From contig NC_058368.1 in the NCBI RefSeq assembly GCF_018350175.1, positions 1,736,001-1,800,000 of the forward strand: a stretch of DNA of 64,000 bases. The letters run 5' to 3'. The notes under the pieces are model-generated. The model had not been told where the DNA came from and made no database searches. It was given only the letters and a program-made list of their open reading frames with translations. Below are positions 13,756-26,790 of this stretch, piece after piece (within the stretch, counting starts at the first letter, position 1; every line of letters starts with the position of its first letter). The stretch comes from Felis catus. Lineage: Eukaryota. The translations under genes were made by a program, and so were the position numbers.

Positions 13756-13960
13756 GGGCATTTGGGGGGCTAGGCTAGTTAAGCATCTGGCTCTTGATTT
13801 CAGCTCAGGTCGTGATCTGGTTCATGAGATTGAGCCCCATGTCAGGCTCCACACTGACGGCACAGAGCCTGCTTGGGATTCTCCGTCTCCCTCTCTCTCT
13901 CTCTCTGCCACTCTGCTGCTTTGCTCCCTTTCTCTCTCTAAATAAATAAACATTAAAAAA
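13756..13960 (+). mobile_element. CanSINE
   Basis: TSD aaagtgaggcatt at 13741-13753 and 13961-13973. Confidence 0.9.
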
Positions 13961-13973
13961 AAAGTGAGGCATT

Positions 13974-16700
13974 GAAATATCTTACTATTATTGTGTTACT
14001 GCCTTTTCTTCTTTCAGTTCTGTCATTGTTTGCTTCATATATTGGTTGCTCAGCTATTAAGGTGCATATATAATTGTTATAACTTCCTGGTGAATTGGCC
14101 CTTTGATCATTATATAATGTCCTTCTGTGTCTTTTTGATCATTTTCGACTTAAGGTCTATTTTTGAAATAAGTATGGACACTCCTGTTTTCTTTCAGTTC
14201 CCATTTACATGGAATATCTTTTTTTATTTATTCACTTTCAGCCTATGTATGTCATTATATGTGAAGTTTGTCTCTTATAAATAGCATATAGTTGGATTTT
14301 TTTTTTTTTTACCCATCAGCCACTCTGTGTCTTTTTATTGGGGAGTTTAATCCATTCACATTTAAAATAATTACATATAGGGAAGTACTTAACTATTATC
14401 ATTATGTTAAATTTTTTGTGTGCTTTATAGTTATTTTGTCCTTTATCTTTCTTGCTGCCTGCCTTTTTATGTCTTTGTGGGGCTTTGGGGGTTTTGTTTT
14501 GTTTTGTTCTGTAGTAGCATACTTTGATTCCTTTCTCATTTTCCTCTGTGTATCTCCTATAGGCATTTTCTTTTTGGTTACCGTGGGAATGACCTAAAAC
14601 ATTCTATAGTTATAACAATCTATTTTAAACTAATAACAACTTCAATCACATACAAAAACTTTACTCCTTTACATTGCCCCGTCACTATGTTATCAATGTT
14701 ACAAATTGCGTCTTTTTATAATTTGTATTCTTTAACATAGTTGCAGTTATTTTTATGCTTCTATATTCTATATCTGAATTAAAAATGACTTCTGTTCTAC
14801 CATGACAGTATTTCAGGATTCAGTGCTTATGTATATTTACCTTTACAGAGAGCTTTATGTTTTCATATGATTTTCTGTTCCAGTCTAGTGTCCTTTTGTT
14901 TCAACTTGAAGGATTCTGTTTAGCAATTCATGCAAGGCAGAACTAGTGGTGATAAACTCTCCCAGCCTTTGTTCATCCAGAAAAGTCTTTACTTCTCTGT
15001 CCTTTCTGAAGGACAGTTTTCCCAAATATAGTATTCTTGGTTGGCAGATTTTTCTTCCAGCACTTTGAATGTATCATCTCACTCCTTTCTAGCCTATAAT
15101 GTTTCTGCTCAGAAATCTGATAATTGTATGGTTGGTCCCTTGTTTATGATGAATTAGCTTTTCTCTTGCTGGTTTTAAGATTCTTTGTCTTTGAATTGCC
15201 AGTTTGATTGTGTGTCTCAGTGTGGTCTTTTTTAGGTCCATCCTATTTGGAGTTCTTTGAGCTTCTTGAATTTGGGTATTCATTTCCTTTCCCATATTTG
15301 GAAAATTTTCATACATTATTTCTTCAAATAATCTCTCTGTTCCATTCTTTCTCTCTTCTCCTTCTAGGACTCCTATAATATGTATACTGATACGTTTATG
15401 CCCCATGATCTGAATTTTGTTCCATAATTCTCTTAGGCTTTCTTCGCTTTTCTTTATTTTTTTTCTTTTTGTTCTTCTGATACAGTAATTTCAAATGACC
15501 TGTCTCTGAGCTCAGAGATCCTTTATTCTGCTTGATCACATCTGCTTTTGAACCCTTGTAGTGAATTTTTCAATTCAGTTATTGTATCCTTCAGCTCCAG
15601 AATTTCTATTTGGTCCTTTTTTAGTTTCTATCTTAGTTGATAGTTTACTTTGGTCTATGCTTCACGTTCTTGATTTCATTTATTGTCTGTCTATGTTCTC
15701 TTGTAGCACACTGACCTTATTTAAGACAATTATTTTGAATTTTTTGTCAGGTAATCAAATCAACGGGTCGTCATTTCCTCAGGGTCAGTTTCCGAAGATT
15801 CGTTTTCTCTCTTTCATTGGGCCATGCTTTCATGTTTTTTGTGATTTCTTCATTTGAAGAAATAGCCACTTTTCTCTGGTTTTGGGGGGGCTGGCTTCGT
15901 ACAGGGAAAACCGTCACCAATCAGTCCCACTCGAGACTATGGGGGTCTCCAAGTTTTCACGGTATGCGTCTTCTCTCAGCTTCTGCACGTAATTTCCCAG
16001 TTAGGTTTCAGGATTCGTAATCTCTTGCTTCCTCTGGGGTCCGTGTGGGATGCTGCAAGATCTCCAGCAGCCAGTAAGCTCCTGAGCCCTCTTGTTCTCC
16101 GCAGCCCCCATGCATTCAAGGTATGCCAGTTCCCCCTTAGTGCTCGGGAGACCGGGCCCTCGGGATTCCCCCGGCCCTGCGTAAAGCCGGAACATTGGCT
16201 GTATGTTCCACTCGAATCTTTCTTTGCTGAGGAAGAAGCTGTGAGCAGGCTGTGCAGCTTCTGGGTGCAGTGGGGGAGCTACTCGGTGCTCCAAACCGCT
16301 GAGCTCTTTCGTTCTCATCCAGAGAGCATGCCGGTTCCTCGTCAGCACTCCAAGTCAGGCAAGACCGAACCCAGTGTCTCAGGCAGCACCCCCAGGGACG
16401 AAAATGCCGGAGGCCTGTTCCACTCTTCTTTGCCCCCTCCCAAGGGACACATTGCATGTTGGGCTTTTTCTCCCAGTCGTGAGCTACGCTGGCTTGGGAT
16501 AGCGGCTGACCCAGTTGAAATCGAATGGCTTTTCTTCCCTGTTTCAGTGCAGTTGTCCTTGGATTTGAGTTTTCCTGGGGTACTGTGACTTCCCGAGTGG
16601 TTTCCGGAGTTCTCATAAAGGCTTTTAGGATTGTATGTTGTCAGATTGGTACCTTTGTGAGGGAGAAAGGTGGGAGGCTTCCCACTCTGACCACGAAGCT
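13974..16700 (-). mobile_element. Old L1 5' portion (5'UTR, ORF1 remnant, start of ORF2)
   Basis: The ORF at 15089-15406 (IHIIGVLEGEE...FEEIMYENFPNMGKEMNTQIQEAQRTPNR) matches the L1 ORF1p RRM region. There are multiple stops and frameshifts, and a GC-richer 5'UTR-like end at 16000-16700. Confidence 0.85.
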
Positions 16701-16790
16701 GTCAACTGTTGATACATACTACTACGTTAATCTCAGAAAATGTGTTCATCTCCCTTACTAATCTAATCTTTTTTAAATCTTGACCATTTT

Positions 16791-17013
16791 TTTTTAAATT
16801 TTTTTTTCAACGTTTTTTATTTATTTTTGGGACAGAGAGAGACAGAGCATGAACGGGGGAGGGGCAGAGAGAGAGGGAGACACAGAATCTGAAGCAGGCT
16901 CCAGGCTCTGAGCCATCAGCCCAGAGCCTGACGCGGGGCTCGAACTCACGGACCGTGAGATCGTGACCTGGGCTGAAGTCGGACGCTTAACCGACTGCGC
17001 CACCCAGGCGCCC
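16791..17013 (-). mobile_element. Young felid SINE (SINEC_Fc-like)
   Basis: Near the recalled consensus. TSD aaatcttgaccatttt at 16775-16790 and 17017-17032. Confidence 0.95.
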
Positions 17014-17960
17014 ATAAAATCTTGACCATTTTAATAGGCATTGTTGAATCTTACATTTAGAATTATGTGAAGATTTAAATTATGTAATACTTGGTACCTC
17101 CAAAAGAAGTAATGTAGCACTCTTAAGTTACCCAGCATATAAAAATAAACTTACTGAAGCCACCACAAAGCATTAGAACCAGAACATTACTGCTGTGCCT
17201 ACCTGTGTGCTTCTTCCCACTCCGTCTCCTGCCTTCCCCACAGGCAACCACTATGAGGGTTTTTTTCTGTTTTATGTACATTCAGGTTTATATTTGTTTA
17301 GTTTCTTGCCTTTTCACATACAATGTTATCAGGTATGTAAACACTAGATTTAATTTTACCTGTTTTAACCTTTCTAAAAATGGTATCACTCCGTATGTAG
17401 TGATCTGACTTTATTTTTCTCACTTAATATGTTTCTAAGGTTAAGTAAACTTAAATAATTTTATGTTTATTGACCAGTTGTATTGTGTTTTTTTTTTTTT
17501 TGAGAGTTGTCTATATACATTGTCCATTTCATGGGGGTATTATTTTTTTTTTCTGGTATAGGTAAGCTTGAAGGATCCTAATTACTCTAAATTCTGTGAT
17601 TCTAAGATTTTCCCTAATAAAAAGTATCGTTTGGAAGTCTTAGTGTTAATTGATTGATAATTCAGATAAATTGATCTCCATATTCTTGTTTTTGGAAGCT
17701 ATTTTGTTAGCTCTTCTCTAGGAAATAGTAACTGTTATTTGTTGCAGTACTGAGATGAATATAATAACCTGATTTATTATTCAGCCATAAAACCCCACCT
17801 AGACTTACAAATGCTTATCGATCCATTTGCACCTCCCCATGTGTGGCAGTGTCACTCCATGAAGTTGATTGAAAATTATGAAATAAGGATATTCACAATA
17901 TATACCCTCTCTGGCGTTTATAATAATAGGAAGTGTTTAAAAACTGTATTCATGGTGATG

Positions 17961-18075
17961 GGGGGGCGCCTGGCTGGCTCAGTCAGAGGAGCACGTGAGT
18001 CTCAATCTTGGGATCATGGCTTTGAGCCCCACGTTGGGTGTAGAGATTACTTACAAATAAAAATCTTTAAAACAA
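17961..18075 (+). mobile_element. Short tRNA-Lys-derived CanSINE
   Basis: ggggcgcctggctggctcagtc...gagccccacgttgggtgtagagattactt plus an A-rich tail. Confidence 0.85.
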
Positions 18076-19437
18076 AAAAATCAGTATTCATGGCTTTTCA
18101 AGTTGGACATTTGAAGTTTTTGTACGGAGTCAGTTTTTATTTTTTTAAGGTTTGCTCTTTCCACAGGATTGGAATGCTTTAGTGTGTTGGGATTTCAGAA
18201 GGCCTACAGATGTCTGAGGGAATGTGAGAGTTTTGTTTTACTCATATATATGACTTATATCTATATGAAAAGTGAAAAAAGAAATATTGCCTAAAGCAAT
18301 GGTTTTCAAATTTTTGACCTGAGCTCACTCAAGCACTTTGAAAGATAACCATTTACACCGACAGATGGAAAAGATGAGCTCAACTGTAACAAAAAATTAG
18401 GAGAAAATAAAAACAAAAACAAAAACAAAAAAACAATGTATAGAACCATTCAGTGCCTAAAACTGAGCATTTCATTTTCCAGTAATAACAATGGGGGGAA
18501 ATGGTTATGTTTTCCATAAGAATTTGGAGAGAAATTTGGCCACCATTAAAATGTGGGGATCTTAAAGACTGTCTTGTTTTAGTTTATTCCCAGAGACATT
18601 ATCAATAAACTGAAATATAAAGTATAGTCAGAAAAGAAATGATCAGTGGATGTTGATAGACTACTCTCATTTTTCACTTTTGTGAAGCTCCCATAATAGG
18701 AAAAAATAACATTGTGGGAATTTTAAGGGAAGGAAATAAAAACGATGGGGCTAGAGGAGCGTTTCTTTGAAAAATATGAATAGGAGTTTAAGGTTAAGAA
18801 TTACTACCAATGTTTCCTACTACCGTGAGTGTTCGGCCCGGTCTGAAAATCTTCAGTGCTACGGATTGCAGGGTTTCCCATGGCAGCCAGTCCATGTTTG
18901 GATGCTACAGCCCTTTTAGTTTTTCCTCGTACTGAGCCAAAATGTATTCTCCACAGGGAGAATCTAATCCTGACGAAGGTGACTACATGGCCTCTGTCCT
19001 CTCCTACCTCTTCTGCTGTGTTTCATTTGATGTGATTTTAGGGCCACTCACCAGCCTTGATCACGAGGTTGATGATACGGCTCATACTGATCTTACGACT
19101 TCCTATTTGTTTTTTCTCCAGTTGCTCCTTGTTCTTTACTAGGGATATTCGTCAACATGGTCTCTAACTTCTCACCAGTCAATCTATAAAATTGGAACCT
19201 GTAACTAAGCGTAATGCGAAAGAACGCAAAGACTACTTTCGAGTGCTGTTTTATCTATGTTACAGATTCCCAAGAAGAGATTCCTTTTCAGTTTCAGAAA
19301 ACCAGAATTATATCCCTCAGAAGGTGGCCTCCAAATGAAACAACGTGTCTCTTGGCAAATAAGTATACTTTAAGATGTGTAATGTAGTGTTATATTTTCT
19401 CAACGTGTTATATGCATTTTTGTCTTTGTGTTTTCAG

Positions 19438-19548
19438 ATAGTGGCCAGAGCTGTAGTGCCAGTAGTAAAGGTGAACGACTAAGTGCCAAACTCAGAGCTT
19501 TACCTGGGACAAATGAACCTTATGAAAGTAGCAGTAACAAAGAAATAG
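19438..19548 (+). CDS. IFT88: Intraflagellar transport protein 88, penultimate coding exon (111 nt, phase 1/1)
   Basis: Acceptor ttttcag|AT. Translates (D)SGQSCSASSKGERLSAKLRALPGTNEPYESSSNKEI, which matches the recalled mammalian IFT88 C-terminus. Ends at AG|gcaagt (GC donor). Upstream exons were not found in the window. Confidence 0.95.
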
Positions 19549-19787
19549 GCAAGTGCTGGTGTCCCCCACCCAGTTCCTACAGGCATAACAGGTCTGGAGA
19601 AGATTTGGTGAGATGGCAAAATGTGTAACTGGGCATTATGAATGTTTTGTGTACAGACAAAATTTTAGATGATCTGGGAGAGCGTTTCTGTTCACTCAGT
19701 TCAGTGTAGATTATGAGACTAACTGGTTTCACGTCTGTTTTGTTTTTTCTATATTATTCTAATATAACCATTTATTTTGAAACCTAG

Positions 19788-19909
19788 ATGCCTCCTATGT
19801 GGATCCACTGGGCCCTCAAATAGAAAGGCCAAAAACCGCAGCAAGAAAAAGAATTGACGAGGATGATTTTGCTGATGAAGAGTTAGGAGATGATTTGCTT
19901 CCAGAATAA
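19788..19909 (+). CDS. IFT88: IFT88 terminal coding exon
   Basis: Acceptor acctag|AT. Translates (D)ASYVDPLGPQIERPKTAARKRIDEDDFADEELGDDLLPE*, with TAA at 19907-19909 followed directly by TAG. This is the characteristic acidic IFT88 tail, and the phase matches the previous exon. Confidence 0.97.
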
Positions 19910-19980
19910 TAGACACTTAAAATGTTACTTACTAAAGGAAAGAAATTGCCTTATAAGATAATACTTATATGAAACTTTGG

Positions 19981-20084
19981 AATAAATACCCCAGTTTTAA
20001 TTTTGTACACTGTCAAAACTTTAAATAAGTGTATTCTGTTCTATGAGATGGGTCTAAGTTTTGTTTTGTTTTATGTGGAATAAA
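19981..20084 (+). terminator. IFT88: IFT88 polyadenylation signals (AATAAA at 19981-19986 and 20079-20084)
   Basis: Two canonical hexamers about 70 and 170 nt after the stop codon, with T/GT-rich sequence downstream of the first. Confidence 0.7.
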
Positions 20085-20393
20085 GATATGTGAAACTAAT
20101 ACTTCAGGCTAGTGAGTTCCTTACTCTTAAAAACATTGACCATACTAAGAAATGCAGTTTGTAGCACTGCCTAGTACCTAATACATGTAAGTATGTGGGC
20201 GTGTTCATAAAAATTCACTGTGAGTACTGGAGTGTGTGCTCATACTTTCTGTGATTTCATTAAAACAGTGTTAGCAATGGAAACACTACGTTGATTCCAT
20301 GGTTCACAGCCTATAATATACAGTGTTAGGACATATCGTGGATGAATCTGTAGTTAAACTAAATTACTTGGAGTTTAGAAACTGTCAAGTCTT

Positions 20394-20584
20394 GGGGCTC
20401 CTGGGTGGCTCAGTCAGTTAAGCGTCTTGATTTCGGCTCATGAAATGATCTCACAATTCGTGAGATCGAGCCTGCCATCGGGCTCAGTGCAGAGCCTGCT
20501 TAGGATTCTCTTCCTCCTCTCTCTTTGCCCCTCCCCTGCTCACATTCTCTCTCCCTAAATAAATAAACATTTAAAAGAAAGAAA

Positions 20585-20637
<53 letters not shown>

Positions 20638-20656
20638 AGAAAGAAAGAAAGAAGAA
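20394..20656 (+). mobile_element. CanSINE whose tail has expanded into (GAAA)n (20574-20656)
   Basis: TSD gaaactgt(c/t)aagt on both flanks. Confidence 0.9.
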
Positions 20657-21084
20657 ACTGTTAAGTGTTTGGAAGTTTTGCCTCATGGGGGTTATAATAC
20701 TGTTGAAAACAGTTATGTTTTGGAGGCAGTTCCAAGTATAGTAAGAGAAAATCAAACCATAACCCTATTGCTCTGCTCTGTGTTTCCTTTCTACCTTCAG
20801 GCCAGTGGCATGTACCAATAGCACTGAGCAAGTCCCCTTCTTGACTTGGGATTTGGGTTGGAGGCCTGGACTCCCTGCGCTTTTCTTTAGCAACGTGTTT
20901 GGCTGATCAGCAATGTCCAGAGGAATCGCAATGATGGGGCAGTCGGAAGTGGCTCATCTTTAAAATTCCCTAGAGAGGGTGAACCTACCCATCTTAACAT
21001 TGTGTCCACAATGTGCACACCACTGTTAGGTGCGGGAAGAAGAAAACCAAAATTAGATCGCAGTTGCTGCTCCCAAGATGTAAT

Positions 21085-21245
21085 GGGGAGGCATTCAACA
21101 AGTACACTCAACATCTATGTACGAGACTCTAGGGATACAGCAGTGAACAGGACAGAACAAGACGCTGCCCTCAAAGAGCTTAAATTCTGGTGGGGAAGAA
21201 AGACAATAAATACATATTTTTAAAGGACTTCAGATGTTGCTAAAT
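21085..21245 (-). mobile_element. L2 3'-end fragment
   Basis: cattcaacaagtacactc...agggatacagcagtgaacaggacagaac...ccctcaaagagcttaaattct. Confidence 0.65.
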
Positions 21246-21253
21246 GCAGTTAA

Positions 21254-21515
21254 GACTCACCCATATGAGGACTTTAAGAGACAAAACAGATGAATGTAAG
21301 GAAAGGGAAACAAAAATAAAAACAGGGAGGGAGACAAAACGGAAGAGACTCATAAATATGGAGAACAAACTGAGGGTTATTGGAGGGGTTGTGGGAGGGG
21401 GGAGGGGATAATGGGTCAGGGGCACTAAGGGATCTACTCCTGAAGTCATTGTTGCACTATATGCTAACTAGTTTGGATGTAAATTTTAAAAAATAAAAAA
21501 TTAAATTAAAAAAAG
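21254..21515 (+). mobile_element. Carnivore/felid L1 3' end
   Basis: atatgaggactttaagagacaaaacagatgaa...ggagaacaaactgaggg...tcattgttgcactatatgctaact plus an A tail. Same subfamily as 42730-43050. Confidence 0.85.
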
Positions 21516-22113
21516 AATATTTATAACATAATGAATAGAAGCAAAGATTTCATCATATCATTATGTGAAATGGATATATATGCTGTGGTCTTGTACATCT
21601 GAGCAAGACAAGAGAAATTATTGCTTGAGTTTTAGAAAGAATTTAAATGCAACTCTCATTACATGAATTTGTCTTTACAGGGTGTGAAGGATCCTGAATA
21701 AACAGATCATTTATCATGGATTTAGAAATATAATGTTCCAGATATAATTTTGATATATGTAATATATGCAGGTAAATATTTAATTGTATGAAAGTTTACA
21801 AAATGGATACGAAAAAGATTAAAGTACAAAAATAAATGAACAAAGAATACAAATAATTAACACAAAATAAAATGCAAACATAGGAAGCTAGAACTCCACC
21901 ATAAGTTTAAAAGTAAATTAAAACAATTTCAATGTTTTATCAGCAAATATGTGTGTATGTTTAAGAAGTTATGTACACTATAATGATTCCACCCCTGTAA
22001 AAAAGTTCATTAAAGAAAGAAGTTGATTTTTTTTATATGGAAAAAATAATAAAATTAAAATAAAATAAAATAAAATAAAAATAAAATAAAATATAAAAGC
22101 CTAAGGAGATTTA

Positions 22114-22320
22114 GGGGCCCCTGGGTGGCTCAGTTGGTCAGCGGCCAACTTTGGCTCAGGTCATGATCTCACGGTTCATGGGTTCGAGTTCCGCATCGGG
22201 CTCAGAGCCTGGAGCCTGCTTCGGATTCTGGGTCTCCCTCTCTCTCTGCTTCTCCCCGACTCCTGCTCTGTCACTCTCTCAAAGTTAAATAAACATTAAA
22301 AAAAATTTTTTTTTAATAAA
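22114..22320 (+). mobile_element. CanSINE preceded by (AAAAT)n
   Basis: Typical head and body, with an approximate TSD aaaagcctaag on both flanks. Confidence 0.9.
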
Positions 22321-22399
22321 CAAAAGCCTAAGAACATTTAAAGTTAAATCTCCCACAACCTTAGGGTCCTTAGGACACAAAATCCTGCGATAAAGAAGG

Positions 22400-25300
22400 G
22401 CTTTCCACAAATACACAGTTTGTCTACCCTTAAGACATTTGCTGTTTTGTGAAGCTATGGGGCAGGAGGCTAGTGATCTAAATTCAGAACCTCCGGTGGG
22501 GGCTGACTTGACTCTCTTGCTCTCTTTCACAGCTGAGGAGACAGATCTGCCAGGCTCTCAGTCAAAAGCCCAGAAGGACAGACAGGAACCAAGGGTGGAC
22601 TGATTTACAAAAACTGCAACCCGACTCTAGCCCCAGCTCAGTCCCTGACTGGACTGACATCATTAGTCCCAAATCATCTCTGACTAGCTGAAGAAAGAAG
22701 TTTCTCTGGTAACAGTATCATTTGCAGCCTCTGTGTTCTTATATATAACATTAGGCATCCAGTAAAAAGCAAAGAGCAAGAAAATGGCCAACAAACATAA
22801 AACATAAATACAACCAGACCCTTAGATAATCCAGATAATGGATCTATCAGATTTGCTTTAAAATAACTATGATTAGCATATTAAAACAGAGGAAAGATGG
22901 ACAAAATGAATGAAAAGGTAGAGAATTTCAACAGGATGCTGGAATCTAGGAACAAGAGAAAAACGAAGACCCTAAAATTGAAAGATATCATATTTGAGAT
23001 TATCTTATTTGGATGCATTTAACAATATGACGGACACAACAGAAGTCAGGATTCGTGAAAAGGTCGTTAGAAAATATCAAAATTGAAGCACGAGTGAAGT
23101 AAGCTGGAAAGAATAAAGCAGATGATAAGAGATATTTTGAACATGGTCAGAAGTTTAAGCAGAATAGGGATCTCAGAGAGAGAGGAAAGCACACAGAGGA
23201 GACACGTTTGAAGAGGTAGCGTCTAGAATTATCTCAAATTGACGAAAGGCATCGACTCACAGGTGTAGGGAGCTCAGTGAACACAATGAGTAGATTCGAA
23301 AAGAAAACTGCACCCTAGAGATACACTCGATGCTTAAAACCAAAGATAAAGAAATGCTTTAAAATAGAAAAAAAGAGGGCACACTATCTTAGAGGAACAA
23401 TAATACGACTTAAGACTGACTTTTCCATAGAAATTATGGAATCAGAAGACAAGAAGAATGACATCTTTAAGGTGCTGAAAGAAGGGGTGCCGGGGTGGCT
23501 CAGTTAAGCCTTTGACTCTTGATTTCAGCTCAGGCCGTGATCCTGCGGTTCGTGAGTTCAAGCCCGGCGTTGGGCTCTCCACTGACAGCTTGGAGCCTGC
23601 TTGGGATTCTCTCTCCCCCTCTTTCTGGCCCTCCCCTCCTCACACTGTATCTCTCTCTCACACATACATAAGTAAATAAAAATTTTAAAAAATAAATAAA
23701 GTGCTGAAAGAAAAAACTCTGCCAACCTAGAATCCTCTTGCAGTGAATATATCTTTCAAACAAAATCTGAGAAAATTGCCGTAAGACTAGACCTATATAA
23801 GAAACACTTTATTTCTACAGGCTAAAGGAAAATTATCCTAGAAAGAAGCATGAAAAGCACCAAATAGTGACTATCTAAAACAACAATATCAATGATTTGT
23901 GGGGTTTTAACATATATAGAGAAAAAAAAGACAATAGTTTCCCAAAGATTAGGAGGAAATATTCATCAGATTGCTCTGAGGTTACTATATTGTTCAGATA
24001 GTGGCAAACTGTAATAAATCAAAGATACGTATTGAAGTCTCTAGAATAACAACTGAAATACAAGAATTTATGTTTAAAAATAGAACAAGAAATATAGAAA
24101 GAATGATAAAAATCACCATCTCACAACCACCACAATAGTAACTGATTCAATAATCAGTTGTTCTAAAGCAAGTGGAGGAAAGTTTGATGAGAACAGTATA
24201 TTTACACGGCCTCAAAATATTTCCCCACAAATTACTCATTAATTACAAGAGGGAAAAATCCTAATTTTGGATAAATTTGGTGGACACCCTCAACTTGTGA
24301 CCAAAATTAATACCACTAATAATGGGATGAATTAAAACCATGTGTCTCCTGATGTGATGCTGAGAGTGACCAAGATTTCTTACTTGATATTCTTCCCCAA
24401 AACACCTAACCTGAACCTACTCATGAGGAAGTATCCCAAATTGAGGAACATCCCCAACATCACTGGCCTGAACTTTTCAAAAATGTTAAGATCATGAAAG
24501 ACAAGAATGTCAAAGAAACTGCTCCAGATTAAAGGAGACAGACGTGTCAACAAAATGTACTGCATGGTCTTCATTCAGATCCTGGACTGGGGGAGATTTG
24601 CTCTAAAGGACACTGTAGGGACAGTTGGTTATATAGGAATAGGTCTATTAGATAATATGACTATTAAGCATAAAATTTCCTGGTTTTGATAATTGCACTG
24701 TGGTTATATAACTGAATGCCCTTCTTCCTTAGAAATACACACTAAAGTATTTTGGAACAAAGGGTCCTGATATCAGAAAAAAATACAATGATAAATGTGG
24801 GAAGATGTTAATAACAGATTTGAGTGAAGGGTATATAGAGTTATTTGTACTATTCTTACAACTTTTCTATAAACCTGAAATTATTTCATAATAGAAGTTT
24901 TTTAAGCTAATGAAAGATAAAACATAATAAAAGTACTTGATTCATCCAAAAAAGGCAGGAAAGGAAAAATAAAGGAATAAAGAACAGATGGACAAATAGA
25001 AAACAAGTAACAGGATTAAACCCAATTATATTAGAATTTACACAATATTAGTAATTACAAAAAAATAAACCCAATTTTGTTAATTATATAATTAGTAAAT
25101 GCTAATTATACTAGTAATTGTTACATTATTAAATACAGTAAATGTAAGATTACACTTTCCAATTAAATGACAAAGCTTATCAGACCAGAGTAAAAAATAA
25201 CGCCCTGGGGTGGCTGGGTGGCCCAGTCGATTAAGCATCTAACTCTTGATTTTGTCTCAGGTCACAGATCTCACAGTTCATGAGTTCGAGCCCCAAATCA

Positions 25301-25720
25301 GTGCAGAGCCTGCTCGAGATTCTGTTTCTCCCCTTCTTGTTCTCAATCTCTCCCTAAGTAAATAAATAAAAACTTTTTTTAAAACATTTTTTAAAAGACC
25401 CAACTACATGTTACTTACAAGAGACACATTTTATTTTATTTTTTAATGTTTTATTTATTTTTGAGAGAGAGAGAGACAGTGTGAGTGGGGGAGGGGCAGA
25501 GAGCGAGGAAGGGAGAATCTGAAGCAGGCTCTAGGCTCTGAGCTGTCAGCACAGAGCCCAACGCAGGACTTGGGCTCATGATGAACCTCAAGATCATGAC
25601 CTGAGCCAAAGTCCGATGCTTAACTAAGCCACCCAGGCGCCCCACAAGAGACACATTTTAAATATAAGGGCTCAGATAGGTTGAAAGTGAAAAGATGGAA
25701 AAAGATATATAAACATTAAC
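22400..25720. mobile_element. Old L1 (ORF1 region, +) with nested L1MC/ME-type pieces and CanSINEs (23484-23700 +, 25206-25395 +, 25433-25643 -)
   Basis: gaatgacatctttaaggtgctgaaagaa|aaaactctgccaacctagaatc (ORF1 C-terminal region) is split by a SINE with TSD gtgctgaaagaa. The SINE at 25433-25643 has TSD acaagagacacatttt. Confidence 0.75.
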
Positions 25721-25839
25721 CCAAAGAAATAAGGACTAAGGCAGTGCTCAAGTATGTAAAAGGGTGCAAAAAAATCTAATAATTGGATAAACACAATTGA
25801 CTGGCAATTATTGTAGCATTTCAACCTTGTTAAAACTTA

Positions 25840-26790
25840 TCGCAATGAAGCATTGGAGATAAATACCCAACTGGAGTAAGTTGAGCAGAAAATGGGAAGT
25901 GGGGTTTTGGAGCCAGAAAATAAAGACAGCTCAGAATATTTTGTTATAAAAGAAAGCAAATTAGATGGCTGATAGAGTGAGAACTGGGGTCGAGGGTTTA
26001 TGAAACATATCAGGAAGGAAGGCAGGATATATGAAAGTGAATGCGAGTAGGTCAGTATATTTGCTGGTAGAATAATAGGTCTCATCTGTGCGTGTGCGAC
26101 ATTTGGTGAGGAGGGAAATGGGTAGCAGAGATTTGAGAGAGAGGAAATGTGAGTGATCTTAGTAAAAGGGAATAGAACTGGAAAAATGTAATACATGTGT
26201 GTGTTGAATGCTAATCTGAGATTTGTGATCAGAAATTAGAATTGAGTCTAGTCAACCAAGTTGTAGGATTTCAATGGAGTTGGGATTATTGTGAGCAAAT
26301 ATTAAGAGGAAAAGAGCAAGGGATTGTGTTTGCAACGGTGTGGTAATAGTGCTGAACCATGAACTCTAGACAAGGAGGGAAGGTCTCAAGAATGGGATGC
26401 TTAGAAAAGTGGTGAGGTAGGTAGGTAGTTAGAGGGTAGATACAAGACCTGATGAGATGAACGAATTACAGGAGTGGAGAAAGGAAGTGTCAAGGAGTAG
26501 GTATTTGAAACCGTACGTTGGCATGTGGTACAGTTGTTGGTAATGATGATACCTGGAGTATGACAATACGATAGTTGAGAGGTAACGGGAGAAAAGATCA
26601 TCGGACTGAAGGTAGTCATTTAGAATCAACTGTGTGGATGTCAGAGATGCCAGGAATGATGAGCAGAAGTACCGGAAGATCCAGGGGCTAACCAAGATGG
26701 CAGCAATAAAGAGAACCACTGGTGGGAAAATGTGACAGTCCTTTGAAGGAGGGAAGAAAGCTTGGGGAGGTAGGTACATCAGTAACCCAC
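25840..26790 (-). mobile_element. Degraded L2 body
   Basis: Purine-rich strand asymmetry and L2-like motifs (gaggaaatgtgagtgatcttagt, ggactgaaggtagtc). Highly diverged. Confidence 0.45.

Noticed and set aside
15089..15406. 105-aa ORF with protein-like composition
   Set aside because: It is a remnant of L1 ORF1p inside a degraded LINE, and it is truncated and frameshifted.
1..19437. Searched for the preceding IFT88 coding exon (recalled as RIKSGRDG...GSASG)
   Set aside because: No matching exon was seen. It presumably lies upstream of the window, so this stretch is treated as intron.
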